Assembly (NCBI GenBank): GCA_035935095.1
Contig: DASYXJ010000075.1
Coordinates: 1-64,000, forward strand
Length of the DNA: 64,000 bases
DNA from: Nitrososphaerales archaeon
GTDB lineage: Archaea; Thermoproteota; Nitrososphaeria; Nitrososphaerales; Gagatemarchaeaceae
Direction: 5' to 3'
Numbering within the stretch: the first letter of the stretch is position 1; every line of letters begins with the position of its first letter. Shown in pieces: positions 1 through 10,220 of this stretch. Position numbers and translations under genes: made by a program. The notes below the pieces were generated by a model. It saw only the letters and a program-made list of their open reading frames with translations, had not been told where the DNA came from and did not search any database.

Positions 1-489
1 TACAGCTCTCTCGCTGTTGGCTCTGCCAAAGGCGGAGGGTGCAGTCCGAGTCGACGCCGAACACGCGCGAGATCGGGGAATATTCCGGGCTGCCCCTCGG
101 CCTGAGGTAGGGCCTTGTGCTCACAAGAGCGTGGTGTGGTCCGACGACCACGCCTCGGGAAGGTTGAGAAGCGCAGGCGGGGGCTGAAACGCACGAAGGT
201 GGACGCACGCAGGAGGGCGGAGACCCCTCTTCGACCGAAGGAGGTGTGGAGCGTCTTGCTTGGCACCGAAGTAGGACGACGAGGAGTCAAAACCTGAAAG
301 CGTACCGAAGCCCTAGAGCGGTTCAACTCCCAAGTGCGATTCAACACCTGAACGAAGCGTGGAAGAAATGCCACATCTTCGCTCCTGCGAGCAGACGAAG
401 ACAGCGAGGGGCGGCTTTGCCAAACAACCCACCGGGTTCATCTTTCTTCAGCGTAATCGATAAAGACATCCGAAAAAGCAGCGTACTCC

Positions 490-819
490 TTGAGCGTAGC
501 CGCTGCACAGAATGGAGATACGGTGTCAGTACATTACGTAGGAAAATTCCCCGGCGGAAAGGTCTTCGACACGAGCATGAGGGCTGAGGCGGAGAAGTCG
601 GGACTGTTCAACCCAGCCAGAGATTACAAGCCCCTCCAGGTCGTCCTGGGGAAGCACCAGGTCATCAGCGGGTTCGAGGAGGCCTTGATTGGGATGAAGG
701 TCAACGAGACCAAGGAGATCACCCTACCTCCAGAAAAGGCCTACGGGATGACAGGGAAGCACCCGATGGCCGGGAAGACTCTGCAGTTCAGACTTTTGGT
801 GACCAACATCAAGAAGTAG
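490..819 (+). CDS. FKBP-type peptidyl-prolyl cis-trans isomerase
   Basis: Translation shows the FKBP fold signature (GDTVSVHYVGKF...GKVFDTS...LQVVLGKHQVISGFEEALIGMKVNE). Non-ATG start. Confidence 0.8.
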   Translation: MSVAAAQNGDTVSVHYVGKFPGGKVFDTSMRAEAEKSGLFNPARDYKPLQVVLGKHQVISGFEEALIGMKVNETKEITLPPEKAYGMTGKHPMAGKTLQFRLLVTNIKK

Positions 820-1076
820 GCTTAACTTCCCGTCCATAGATTATTCTACCGCCTTCAAAGGAATCGTCGTCATACGGTTCTTTCGTCACTGGACAATACT
901 TGATGTGGACAATCTCGACAACCTTGTCGCCACTATGATGATGTTCCACATACACGCGATGAAATCCACCACAGCGCACGCAGTCTAGGACCGCGGCGAT
1001 CAAATGATTTGCTCCAGACAATTCGTCCGAAAGGGACGAAGCCCCGCTAATAAATTGCGCTCGGTCGGCTTTCAGG

Positions 1077-1745
1077 TTAGGCCTGCTTGACTCGCAGATG
1101 CCTGTCGTAGTACTTCTTGAATTTCATCCTATTCCCACAACTGTCCATGCTACACCATCTCCTACATTTGTTAACTGAGCAATCGAGGAAGAGTGAACCG
1201 CAGCCCTCCTCTTCATTCGCGCACTCCTTTACCCTGCTCAATTTATCGGAGGTCAATAGGTTGGCCGCTGAACGGGCCACAGGCCACAGAACCATGTCCA
1301 GTGACTGTCCGTCCTCCCATCCCCACACGAAACTTCCTCCATCAACGCTCAACTTTGTTTTTGAAAGGCTTCTCGCTAGGTGATGGTTGAGTATCTCTGT
1401 GTCTTTCTGCTCAGGCTTTTTTTCATGGGCCGTCGCGGAGAACAATCGAAAGATTGCTTCCCTAAGTTGATTAGCATCTTCTACAACTTCTTCCGCTCGA
1501 TTCCTCAATTCGTCTGCTTGCCGAGCTAGATATCGGGCCGTTTGTGCGTTGACTAGATCATGCCTTTGGCTCCACTTCAATAGATCTGAGTACGTCCTCA
1601 GTCTATTTTCCGGGTGATTACTTGTCCGCCAGTCTATTGTGTTGGCAAAGTCGAGGCAGAGCTCAAGGTTCGTTTCACGTGAAAGGTCCCTCCCCGATTC
1701 CATCATCGATCCTGACCGATTCATGTATTTCAACCTAACTACCAT
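1077..1745 (-). CDS. ABATE-domain / CGNR zinc-finger protein (putative stress-responsive regulator)
   Basis: C-terminal CxxxxC...RRWCSMDSCGNRMK matches the CGNR zinc-finger motif. N-terminal region resembles ABATE/DUF1470. Confidence 0.7.
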   Translation of the reverse strand: MVVRLKYMNRSGSMMESGRDLSRETNLELCLDFANTIDWRTSNHPENRLRTYSDLLKWSQRHDLVNAQTARYLARQADELRNRAEEVVEDANQLREAIFRLFSATAHEKKPEQKDTEILNHHLARSLSKTKLSVDGGSFVWGWEDGQSLDMVLWPVARSAANLLTSDKLSRVKECANEEEGCGSLFLDCSVNKCRRWCSMDSCGNRMKFKKYYDRHLRVKQA

Positions 1746-1815
1746 CTTGAGGCACTGGTAGTAGTATACTTAAATACTAACCCCCACCATGCTCCGTTGG
1801 TAGTTAGACAAGAAA

Positions 1816-2369
1816 ATGAGTCAAATTGAATTTACGACGACGACTGTCCCGCCCGCGATATGGATCGCAAAGCCACTGCACATCGATGAAATCCAAGAAG
1901 AGATCAACAGCCTCCCTGAAGAGATCAGTTCAGGCCGTACTTTCCTGAAAGTGGTCGCCTACCCATGGGGGGTAGAGTTCGACGTCTGCGAAGGGGAGGG
2001 CGAACGTTGAGCCCTGAAGGAAAAGTCCAGGTTATGGTCAGGAGCTCAAAGGTCCCCTACAGGACCTTGGAAGTCAGCGAGCGAATCTTCTCTGCGTCAG
2101 GATTCCCGATGGGAGTCAGAAGGAGTCGAGTCGTCCTGTACGACTCTACGCTCACCGACGAACATCTTCGCGCGATCAAAGAGGGCCAGAAACTGTCGTG
2201 CAGTCTCGGTCTCAAGCTCGAAATCATTGACCTGTCCAGGTCTAACTTCGCGAGACGTCTTCTCTCGGTGTTCGGCCGCAGCGCCTTTGGGCAGCCCAAC
2301 CTTGTGGTCACGCTCTACTCCCATCAAAGCTCGGGAGATCTGTCCAGGGACATCTCTCGGGCCCGCTAA
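1816..2369 (+). CDS. hypothetical protein, possibly frameshifted (two overlapping ORFs 1816..2010 and 1965..2369)
   Basis: Two same-strand ORFs overlap in different frames. No recognisable domain. Confidence 0.25.
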
Positions 2370-2464
2370 GGAGCGTGAGGGCCTACCAAGCCCTCACGTT
2401 TCTTGTATATTCCGGTTGACCCCGAAGCTATTTACCTACTCGCCGCAACCCTGAAGGCAAGAAA

Positions 2465-2746
2465 TTGGCGAAGCGAGCTTTCACCATAGACATAGGAACA
2501 GAGAAGATTCCGGTCGAGGGGCACGCCCACCAGAACGTTGCCGTAAAGTATCTCATGAAGAGACGCAGGAGCTTGATCTTTACCAAAGACCCCGCCAAGG
2601 TGGAGAAGCTATTTGCCGACGTACCCACCAAGATCAGCATTATCGGCGCCAACGTGACCAAGACCTACAAGGTCAGCTGGGAGAGGGTAAGCACCGGCGA
2701 ATTCGCCGGCGCCCGCTTCACGTTCACCTTGGAAGAAGTGACTTAG
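2465..2746 (+). CDS. small conserved hypothetical protein (93 aa)
   Basis: Clean ORF in an intergenic slot with host-like composition. No family recognised by eye. Confidence 0.4.
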   Translation: MAKRAFTIDIGTEKIPVEGHAHQNVAVKYLMKRRRSLIFTKDPAKVEKLFADVPTKISIIGANVTKTYKVSWERVSTGEFAGARFTFTLEEVT

Positions 2747-2779
2747 GACAACCTTTTCTGCCGGGCCGCCAGCCTAGTC

Positions 2780-2980
2780 TTGGGAGGCATGGCACCAGGA
2801 TACAGGAAGGATGCTTACCGGGACGCCATTGACAAGGTTCGCTCGGAGCATTCGGGTTCGATCAAGCACGCCAGCATGACCATTGAGTGTCCAAGGTGCG
2901 GCACCAGGCAAGTTGTCACCGACGCTCCTGGGAAGAGGGTCTGCATGAAGTGCGGCTTCGAGTTCGGTCGGCTAACGTAG
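2780..2980 (+). CDS. small zinc-ribbon protein
   Basis: CPRCG...CMKCG four-cysteine ribbon. Confidence 0.4.
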   Translation: MGGMAPGYRKDAYRDAIDKVRSEHSGSIKHASMTIECPRCGTRQVVTDAPGKRVCMKCGFEFGRLT

Positions 2981-2982
2981 GG

Positions 2983-3165
2983 TTAGCCCTTTCGCGTCAT
3001 TATCTTCTCGACCCCTGTCTTCGAGTCCACCCAGACCACGTAGCTGGTTCCACATGACGAACAGACGAACCTTCGGACCTTCATCGGTTTCTTCGTTTTG
3101 GCCCCTCCGACCCATTCTCTTGCAGGCGAACTGTTCTCCCTCCCGCACTTCGGGCACCTCGGCAA
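2983..3165 (-). CDS. small zinc-ribbon protein
   Basis: CPKCG...CSSCG ribbon. Convergent with the preceding gene. Confidence 0.4.
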   Translation of the reverse strand: MPRCPKCGRENSSPAREWVGGAKTKKPMKVRRFVCSSCGTSYVVWVDSKTGVEKIMTRKG

Positions 3166-3201
3166 TTCGACGGTGAGGGAAGCGGCCTACCCTTATCTAG
3201 G

Positions 3202-3675
3202 TTGGGTCGCGTCCCGTACGCTATGATGCCTAAACCTTCCCGGCCAGGCGGGGTAACAGTTCTGGCGATTCTCGACTTCCTCGGCGGGGTCCTCGCACTG
3301 TTAGTGGGACTCTTCGTCGTGGCCCTGGGCGGGTCCGGACTGCTCTCACAGTTCGGCTACGGGTTCGTCTCAGGCTTCGTGGTCGTGGCCGGAGTCGCAG
3401 TCATCATCATTGGCCTTCTCGCCCTTCTGCTCGGCTATGGGATGTGGACAGGAAAGGAATGGGCTTGGTTACTCGCAATCATACTCTATGCTCTTGGAGC
3501 ACTGTCCAGCCTACTCTCTCTGGCCGGCGGATCATTCGGCAGCATTGTCTCCCTGGTCATATACGGTCTCCTGCTATGGTATCTTTGGAAGCCTCACGTG
3601 AAGGCATACTTCGGAAGGGGGATGGGAATGGGACCGGCTCCGGCGGCCCAGCCCGCACCTCCTCCGACGCCCTGA
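3202..3675 (+). CDS. integral membrane protein with Pro-rich C-terminal tail
   Basis: Several hydrophobic helices and a PAPAAQPAPPPTP tail. Confidence 0.5.
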   Translation: MGRVPYAMMPKPSRPGGVTVLAILDFLGGVLALLVGLFVVALGGSGLLSQFGYGFVSGFVVVAGVAVIIIGLLALLLGYGMWTGKEWAWLLAIILYALGALSSLLSLAGGSFGSIVSLVIYGLLLWYLWKPHVKAYFGRGMGMGPAPAAQPAPPPTP

Positions 3676-3685
3676 CAGCGGAATA

Positions 3686-4084
3686 CTAACTTTTCTCGAA
3701 ATATTTCTTCATGGGTTCCCAGTAAAAGTCCTTCCAACCCTGGTCGTAGTCCGCGGCTTGTTCCGCCGGGACCTTCGAATGAATCATGGTCAGTTCAGTC
3801 TTCTTCCCTTTGGGCTTGATGATTAACTCGACCAACGACGGCGGATATCCCTTGGGCCATTCGGTGGTGGTCCATTCGTGCAAGATTCTCTTCCCCTTTT
3901 CTAGTTTGAGGTACTTCCCTGAAATGTAGCCGTTTCCGGCGGCAAACCTGCCACCCACCTTTGCCGTCCCCGTCGCGGAGTCCCCAGTGAACGCAGCGTG
4001 CTTCTTCGGGTCGACATAGGCCTCGTATACCTCGACGGGACTTGCGTCGATGATTGCAACCTGTTTGATTACCTCGAACTTCAT
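3686..4084 (-). CDS. SRPBCC superfamily protein (AHSA1/activator of Hsp90 ATPase-like)
   Basis: Length and sequence pattern (VEVYEAYVDPKKHAAFTG...GGRFAAGNGYISGKYLKLE) typical of the AHSA1/polyketide-cyclase fold. Confidence 0.65.
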   Translation of the reverse strand: MKFEVIKQVAIIDASPVEVYEAYVDPKKHAAFTGDSATGTAKVGGRFAAGNGYISGKYLKLEKGKRILHEWTTTEWPKGYPPSLVELIIKPKGKKTELTMIHSKVPAEQAADYDQGWKDFYWEPMKKYFEKS

Positions 4085-4947
4085 TGCTTTCCCTCTAGAA
4101 AGTCTAGCACACTTGAGTTGAAGACCTCAGGATTCTCCATGTGCGGAAAGTGCCTTGCCCCCGGGACATTGACCCGTCGAGCCTTCGGAACCGCCTTCGC
4201 CGTAAGCTCTCCTATCCTCTTCAGCCACAGTGCGCTTTCCTGTCCGTTGACCACCATTGTCGGGGCCGAAATCCTTCCCGCCTCCTGGGCTGTGAATCTT
4301 GGGAATGTCGTCCTCAGCTCTGCAATGGTCTTGGCGTTGTCGAGCATCATCTTCCTCGCTCCTTCCGAGAGTCGTCGAAACGCCCCCTCCGAATCCTGAA
4401 CGCCGTCCACATTGAGTTCCACCGCTTTTTCGACTTGTCCTCCATCGAGAGCCTTCAGCGAGGGCCCCAGGCTCTTGGTCTGGAACCTTCTGCCCGACAG
4501 AGCCACGGAAGGACTCCTGAGCAAGAGCCCAAGGGACTGGGCGCTGCTCGTCTGGTCGGCGACAAGTAGGGTTGAGATGGCCGGCTCTACGAGCACCAGG
4601 TTTCTCACCAGGTCAGGATGGCCAGCCGCCAGAAACGCAGAGATGAACCCGCCATACGAGTGGCCCACCAGGTCAACCGGACCTCCGGCAGCCTTCTCGA
4701 TGAAACCCTTCAGGTCCGCGGCGTTGTTTTGCACAGTTGAATCCGAAACGTCGCCCTCCCTCACGTTCGGCGCGGCGTATCTTCTGCTGACTGCGAGCAC
4801 CCTCCTTCCCTTCGAGAAGGGTTCGACCTGCGCTCCCCAGGCCCTGCAGTCGGTCGGGATCCCGTGAACGAAGACAACGGGCTGTCCGCTGCCTGACTCT
4901 TCGTAGTACAGGCTGACCCCACCTACATCGACCTTTGACACGTCCAA
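4081..4947 (-). CDS. alpha/beta-fold hydrolase
   Basis: GHSYGG nucleophile elbow, HG oxyanion motif (VFVHGIP). 4-nt overlap with the downstream gene. Confidence 0.8.
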   Translation of the reverse strand: MDVSKVDVGGVSLYYEESGSGQPVVFVHGIPTDCRAWGAQVEPFSKGRRVLAVSRRYAAPNVREGDVSDSTVQNNAADLKGFIEKAAGGPVDLVGHSYGGFISAFLAAGHPDLVRNLVLVEPAISTLLVADQTSSAQSLGLLLRSPSVALSGRRFQTKSLGPSLKALDGGQVEKAVELNVDGVQDSEGAFRRLSEGARKMMLDNAKTIAELRTTFPRFTAQEAGRISAPTMVVNGQESALWLKRIGELTAKAVPKARRVNVPGARHFPHMENPEVFNSSVLDFLEGKQ

Positions 4948-5235
4948 TCCCCAGCTTCGGCTGCTATTCTCCCTTTCTCAGCCCGTTTTCTTCCATGCCT
5001 GGGCCCGCTTGCAGAACTCATCAGCCTCCCCGACTGCAGTTTCGCACCGCCTGTAGTGACTGAAGACTTCTCTCAGCAACTCCTCTATTGGGGTTGGGGC
5101 GCCAGGACACTCCGAGTCGAGCTGGGCCCTGACCTCCATCATGTGCTGCCAGACGTCGTGGGGCACCACCACCGGGACTCCCTGCGTACTCATGGCCATG
5201 GCCGCCTCTGAGCCAAGTTGGTATTTCTGGGTTAG

Positions 5236-6252
5236 CTACGGCTTCTGGAGCCCGATGCTGTTGATCAGTCCGCCTGAGTTCCCATCGACGACGAGGACAA
5301 TTTTGCCGTTCTGGTGGTCGTACCTCACGAACCAGACGGGCGCGTGAAGGAGCTCCGCCTCCCCCACGTCCGACTCGGTTGAAAGCTGTTGTACCATGTG
5401 ATGGGCCGCATGGGCCTTCACAGACTGGACCTGGTCCACAAAGGTCTTCGCCTGTGACTTCGCCGCATCCTCCCCAACATCCCCGTTGAGGACCTTCATC
5501 CCCTTCACCTTCGTCTCGTCGAAGATCACCCTCCCGTCCAGATTGAACTGGTAGTCCTTGGGCTGGTAATCGGTGAGCGCCTTGAGGCCTATGATGGGGA
5601 AGTTGTAGTTGTTGTCCATCTCGTAGGCCCTTCTGTTCCCCTGACCGCCCGCGAATCCTCCTCCGCCCATCATGGTCCCGAGGAGGACGCCCCCCATGAG
5701 TCCCCCGCCGCCGAAGCCGCCCCTCCCACCACCCATGGCTCCCCCCATGATGCCCGCTAGGGCGGCCGTCGTAGCAATCTGCCCGGCCTCAGCTGCCATG
5801 TCAACCGCAACGAGGGATGTCCTCGCCGAGACCGGGATCAACCAATACGGAACCATGGCTAGGTTCGCTTCTTCCAGCGTCGATGACTCCTGAAGGTGAC
5901 GGTGGAGGAGGCCTGTGTCCAGCATACCGTGTACCACCTTTAACACGTCATCCTGCTGAGTGAGCTTCAACGACAGCATCGTGTGCTTGTTTATGTTCTT
6001 CCACCCGTCGTTCCCCAGCGAAACACTGCTCCCGCAGTAGGCGCACGTGACCAACATCTCGCCGAAATTCGGAGATATCGGGGCCCCACAGTTGGGACAC
6101 TTGAGGGTGGTGGCGCCCGACGGAGCGAAAACCTGCTGAGTGCTCGACGGAGCTTGTTGCTGCCCCGATACGAGGCCTATCTTGGCTCCGCACTTCAAAC
6201 AAAATCCTGCGTCGTCAGGAAGCTGGGTGCCGCACTTCGGGCAGAACACCAA
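5236..6252 (-). CDS. zinc-ribbon protein with Gly/Met-rich linker and C-terminal conserved domain
   Basis: Two N-terminal ribbons (CPKCG..CLKCG; CPNCG..CAYCG), a GGFGGGG low-complexity linker, then a C-terminal globular region. Last gene of a three-gene minus-strand operon. Confidence 0.5.
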   Translation of the reverse strand: MVFCPKCGTQLPDDAGFCLKCGAKIGLVSGQQQAPSSTQQVFAPSGATTLKCPNCGAPISPNFGEMLVTCAYCGSSVSLGNDGWKNINKHTMLSLKLTQQDDVLKVVHGMLDTGLLHRHLQESSTLEEANLAMVPYWLIPVSARTSLVAVDMAAEAGQIATTAALAGIMGGAMGGGRGGFGGGGLMGGVLLGTMMGGGGFAGGQGNRRAYEMDNNYNFPIIGLKALTDYQPKDYQFNLDGRVIFDETKVKGMKVLNGDVGEDAAKSQAKTFVDQVQSVKAHAAHHMVQQLSTESDVGEAELLHAPVWFVRYDHQNGKIVLVVDGNSGGLINSIGLQKP

Positions 6253-6260
6253 TCAATCAC

Positions 6261-7349
6261 CTAGAGCTGCGTGCCACAGTTGTTGCAGAACTTCGCGCCC
6301 GCTGAAATAGGACTGCCGCAGTTGGGGCAGAACTTGCTTCCCCCTGCGGGTGTAGGGGGCCCAGTTGGTCCGGGCATCGTCGCGCCGCAGTTTGGACAGA
6401 ACTTCACAGAGGCAGCGACCAAGGACCCGCAGTTCGGACAGCTCCTTGTCGCGGCAGCTTGACCCATCCCTTGGGCCATTTGCCCTCCAATCGCATAACC
6501 TACACCCAATCCAGCTCCCAGTCCCGCCGTCACTCCAGCCCCTCCCGACGGGTTCTTCGCAGCGTCATCAATAGCTTTGCCAGTCTGGAATTGCATGTAG
6601 TTGACCCCAAGGACCTGCATCTCCGACCGGGTGTCGATGGCCTGTTGCACTTCGTCTGGGAGGCTGATTGTCAGTCCTGAAATCTTGTTGATTTCAATTC
6701 CGTACTGCCCCAAGTGGTCTGGACTGGTCGCTAACACTTCCTGTTCGATGTTGGTAAGATTGGCCGCCAGGTCTGTCACCTTTAGCCCCTGCGCCTTCAT
6801 CTTTCCCAGCGCGTTGTAGAGAAGAACGACTAACTGTTCCTTCAGTCTGCCTTCCACGTCGTCCGAGGTCTCAGCTCCGAAGGTACCCACGAATTGGTTG
6901 ATGAAGAGCTCGGGGGATGAAATCTTCCACCTGTACTCCCCGAACACCCTCAGGTTCACAATCCCGAAGGTAGGGTCAGTGAACGAGTAGGGCTCAGTGC
7001 TCCCGAACTTGCCGTCCAAGTACCTCTTGGGTATGTAGAATACTTCTGCCTCCTGCTGAACACCGGTGAAGAACTTCAGCAGCCCGCTCACGATGGGTGC
7101 GTTGATGTCAGTCAGCGCGTACCTGTTGGGCTGGTCGAAGTAGGTCAGCACCTTTCCATCCCTGTAGAAGACCGCAGTCTCGTCCTCTCTTACGACAATG
7201 TTGTCGTTCAGCCTGATGTTCCTGGGCACTCTCCAGAGTACGCTCCCTAGCTTGAACTGGTCGTCCCAGGCGATTGTCGTTGACCCCAGGAGACTCCCCC
7301 CTGAGGCCGGGACTGGGTCGGTTTTCTTTCCGAATACCATCTTTCTCAC
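6261..7349 (-). CDS. SPFH/band-7-like (COG4260 'virion core protein'-type) protein with three C-terminal zinc ribbons
   Basis: N-terminal ~280 aa resemble the Band_7_1/SPFH-like family. C-terminus carries CPNCG...CPNCG, CPNCG...CNNCG repeats. Confidence 0.55.
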   Translation of the reverse strand: MRKMVFGKKTDPVPASGGSLLGSTTIAWDDQFKLGSVLWRVPRNIRLNDNIVVREDETAVFYRDGKVLTYFDQPNRYALTDINAPIVSGLLKFFTGVQQEAEVFYIPKRYLDGKFGSTEPYSFTDPTFGIVNLRVFGEYRWKISSPELFINQFVGTFGAETSDDVEGRLKEQLVVLLYNALGKMKAQGLKVTDLAANLTNIEQEVLATSPDHLGQYGIEINKISGLTISLPDEVQQAIDTRSEMQVLGVNYMQFQTGKAIDDAAKNPSGGAGVTAGLGAGLGVGYAIGGQMAQGMGQAAATRSCPNCGSLVAASVKFCPNCGATMPGPTGPPTPAGGSKFCPNCGSPISAGAKFCNNCGTQL

Positions 7350-7888
7350 TGCCCGAGGGCTATGCCCTCTATTGCCTCTACCCTAAGCGACCACTTCTGC
7401 CTGATGTCTGCAACAGATTCTGCGAAGCCTCCCAATGCAGGCTGGATTGAATTCGGGGATGTGCTATCATAGCTAAGGCGCGAAGTTGCATCGTCCAGCT
7501 GGAATACTGTGCTGACGAAAGTGTAATCGTAATCGTAGAGCTTGTTGAGCTTGTCCTCGTTGACCTGTATTGGCGCCACCCAGCCCGCGTAACCTTGGGC
7601 CGCATGCCTTACCTCCCCGCTGAGCGCCTGAACCTGGGAGATCAGAGAGCCTATGCTTGTGAGGTTTGTCAGGTCTCCGGCTGTGGCCATCTGCTTCCTC
7701 ACCTGATCCAGGTTCCCTTTCACCTTGTCCAGCCTGTCCGCGACCTGGTTCCTTAGCAGCTCGTCCGAGACTCTGATGTCTTCCTTGCTTCTGTATCCTC
7801 TGAGGCCTGGAATGAGAAGCTGAAGTTTCTTCACTGCGCCTCTGTTGGCTTCTACCGTCTGCCTGATATCTGGGTTACCCTGAGACAA
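7346..7888 (-). CDS. hypothetical coiled-coil protein, first gene of SPFH/zinc-ribbon operon
   Basis: 4-nt overlap with the SPFH-like gene. Helical/coiled-coil N-terminus. Confidence 0.4.
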   Translation of the reverse strand: MSQGNPDIRQTVEANRGAVKKLQLLIPGLRGYRSKEDIRVSDELLRNQVADRLDKVKGNLDQVRKQMATAGDLTNLTSIGSLISQVQALSGEVRHAAQGYAGWVAPIQVNEDKLNKLYDYDYTFVSTVFQLDDATSRLSYDSTSPNSIQPALGGFAESVADIRQKWSLRVEAIEGIALGQ

Positions 7889-7917
7889 GAGCGTACAAAA
7901 GCCGATTCCTCCTCCAA

Positions 7918-7930
7918 CTAAATAAATATA
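7918..7930 (+). promoter_or_regulatory. TATA-like box upstream of integrase
   Basis: aaataaatata about 15-25 nt upstream of the GTG start at 7945. Confidence 0.3.
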
Positions 7931-7944
7931 ATCCGTTAGAAGCG

Positions 7945-9069
7945 GTGCATGAGGCGCCTGAGAAGGAGACCCAATTCCGGCGCTTCTATGAGAGAAAACC
8001 GCATTCTAGCCCTAAATGGGACGAATCCAGCAGGCTAGCAGGCATCATAGCCCAAGATAAGGCCATAACCGTCTATCTCACCAACCTAGCCAACAGACGA
8101 AGAAACAACGGGGAGGTATGCTACGGAACCAGGTGGAGAACAATCAACTCGGTACGCCACTTCCTACAATTCGTCCACAAGGACATCACTCCGACATCTC
8201 TGACAAAAATGATACAGGACACCAAGGAGCAGCACAAGAACGACGACTATGCCACGGACGACGCACTCCTTGCGTTTGTCTCAAGGCCATCCATCATAGC
8301 CAACGCACAGAGAGGAGCCTACGTCAAAGCCGTGTTCAAAGCGAACAGATGCCTCCTCCAGGCATCATTCAACACCTCATTCACGCATTCAACTAAGAAA
8401 ATCAGCCTAGGCATCCTGAAAGCGATCTACAACAATCTCGACGACGAACACAAGAACATAATCGACCTGCAAGCCTACGCAGGAGAAAGGGTGCAGGCTA
8501 TCTGCACTGTCCCAATTGACCAATGGGAAGACTTCGACAACAGATATACCATAATCCACATCCATGCTAGGCAGACGAAAGCGCGTAACGAACACATCTG
8601 TATCATCCCCCGGACTCTAGCAGACCAAATACGTAACATATGCAAGCTCACCAAGCGTGACCGACCATTCCCGAATTACGAAAGCCTCTGGCGCAAGATT
8701 ACCAGACTCGCCCTCGACAAATACGGGACTCGCCTGACAAGCCACTACCTACGAAAACGTTTCCACACCTTAGCCGGCAAGACAGCCATGCCCGTCAACT
8801 CGTGGGACTATCTTATGGGAGACAAGCAAACACACGGACACAACGCCGGGACATACACCCTTGAGGACTTTTCCGAACTCGTCCATGAGTACGACAAATA
8901 CCTAGCCCCTTACCTGTCAATCGAGGAACCAAAGGAACTGGATGACCCAAAGGACCCTTTCAAGACCACTGCGGAACTTGAACAACTACGTCAGGAGAAC
9001 AAGGAGCTTAGGGAGCATCTACTTAGCCTGACGAAGCTACTCAATGAACAGCTAACAGGGAGAGCTTAA
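7945..9069 (+). CDS. tyrosine-type site-specific recombinase/integrase
   Basis: C-terminal catalytic region with HxxR (LTSHYLRKRF) and downstream Tyr (GTYTL). Upstream Arg/Lys box (ARQTKARNEH). Coiled-coil tail. Confidence 0.75.
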   Translation: MHEAPEKETQFRRFYERKPHSSPKWDESSRLAGIIAQDKAITVYLTNLANRRRNNGEVCYGTRWRTINSVRHFLQFVHKDITPTSLTKMIQDTKEQHKNDDYATDDALLAFVSRPSIIANAQRGAYVKAVFKANRCLLQASFNTSFTHSTKKISLGILKAIYNNLDDEHKNIIDLQAYAGERVQAICTVPIDQWEDFDNRYTIIHIHARQTKARNEHICIIPRTLADQIRNICKLTKRDRPFPNYESLWRKITRLALDKYGTRLTSHYLRKRFHTLAGKTAMPVNSWDYLMGDKQTHGHNAGTYTLEDFSELVHEYDKYLAPYLSIEEPKELDDPKDPFKTTAELEQLRQENKELREHLLSLTKLLNEQLTGRA

Positions 9070-9081
9070 CAGGCTCCCCTG

Positions 9082-9094
9082 TTTTCTTTCTTTC
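9082..9094 (+). terminator. oligo-T tract after integrase
   Basis: ctcccctgttttctttctttc is archaeal-type T-rich termination sequence. Confidence 0.3.
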
Positions 9095-9136
9095 AATCGA
9101 TGACTAACTCGAAGGAGGAGAAGTGGCCAAGACAGT

Positions 9137-9367
9137 CTACGACCCACGGCACTTCAAACCCCATCTAAGCGAAAAAATACCAAGAACAAATAACAATACC
9201 GAAATCACTGGCAGATACCAATAGAGCAAAAACGGATGTTGAATTGACCAATTGTAGTAGGCATCCACTACAAAGAAGGATCCCACTAGGAAAAAGACGA
9301 TTGCAATCGAGATAGCTATTGCCGCGTTCGTACCTTGCCGCTTACCCATCCGCGCCATCGAAGACAC
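9137..9367 (-). CDS. small membrane protein (2 TM)
   Basis: Hydrophobic 76-aa ORF in the AT-rich island. Confidence 0.3.
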   Translation of the reverse strand: MSSMARMGKRQGTNAAIAISIAIVFFLVGSFFVVDAYYNWSIQHPFLLYWYLPVISVLLFVLGIFSLRWGLKCRGS

Positions 9368-9641
9368 GTTAACTCATGCACCGACTAAGTCCACCAGCGA
9401 AAGAGTCGGCCCCAAGGAGGCAATTTCCAACTTTCGCAGAGACCAATTGCCGAAACTATGAAGGAAAATCGGCATATAAGCCCTAATGAGCAATAACATC
9501 AAGCTACGCGGCGCCGCGCTTCGCTGCGGCGCTCGCGGAGGAGCCCTCTTGCAAATAAACGAGTGCTCCCCCAACCTCTTCCAGAAAAACCACACGGAAT
9601 GAAAATGAAGACTTAACACGAGCCTTTGACTCAGCTTCAAG

Positions 9642-10220
9642 GTGGACGACCCAACCATCGTCCTCCTCATCTTCTCGGGCCTTGCCGCAATCGGGGGCCT
9701 TGGCGTGCTCTTGACTTGGATCATCGCCTTCTGGAGGCGAGGCAAATTTGTCATTCAATTTGCTCACGGCGCTTCGTCAATTCAATGCCAACGGAGCACT
9801 GTTCGAACCTTTGACATCGAAGTCATATTCAGGGGACGAAGTGGTATCGAGACAAAGACTATCTTCTTCTATTTTCCACACCAACTCGGGCTCGCGAGTC
9901 CAGTGACAAAGAGTGTCCCACTCCTTACTGTCACACCTATTGCATCTGGACGTTTTGCCGACCATGACTATTTCGGTGTCGAGAATTTCTCCTTTCTCCC
10001 CGACGAAGCAATGAGAGTAACGTTTACACTAATCTTCCCGATACAGGTGGACAGTATGCAATCACATGTTCAGTTCACCCAGTTTCTGGAATCCCCAAAA
10101 TTCACACACTTAACGTCCAAGTCATCTGAACCCCCCAATACTTCTAACTCCTACTCGGGAACCACGGCGCATAGGACTCTCGGCGCTTGCCGTTCACTGT
10201 CTCCTGTGCAAGATCCATGA
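9642..10220 (+). CDS. hypothetical protein with N-terminal TM helix (island cargo)
   Basis: ORF in the AT-rich region. No domain recognised. Confidence 0.3.
   Translation: MDDPTIVLLIFSGLAAIGGLGVLLTWIIAFWRRGKFVIQFAHGASSIQCQRSTVRTFDIEVIFRGRSGIETKTIFFYFPHQLGLASPVTKSVPLLTVTPIASGRFADHDYFGVENFSFLPDEAMRVTFTLIFPIQVDSMQSHVQFTQFLESPKFTHLTSKSSEPPNTSNSYSGTTAHRTLGACRSLSPVQDP

Noticed and set aside
115-587. ORFs 115..297 and 246..587 at the window start
   Set aside because: Low-complexity Arg-rich translations overlap each other and the upstream region of the FKBP gene. They are likely non-coding or shadow frames in GC-rich DNA.
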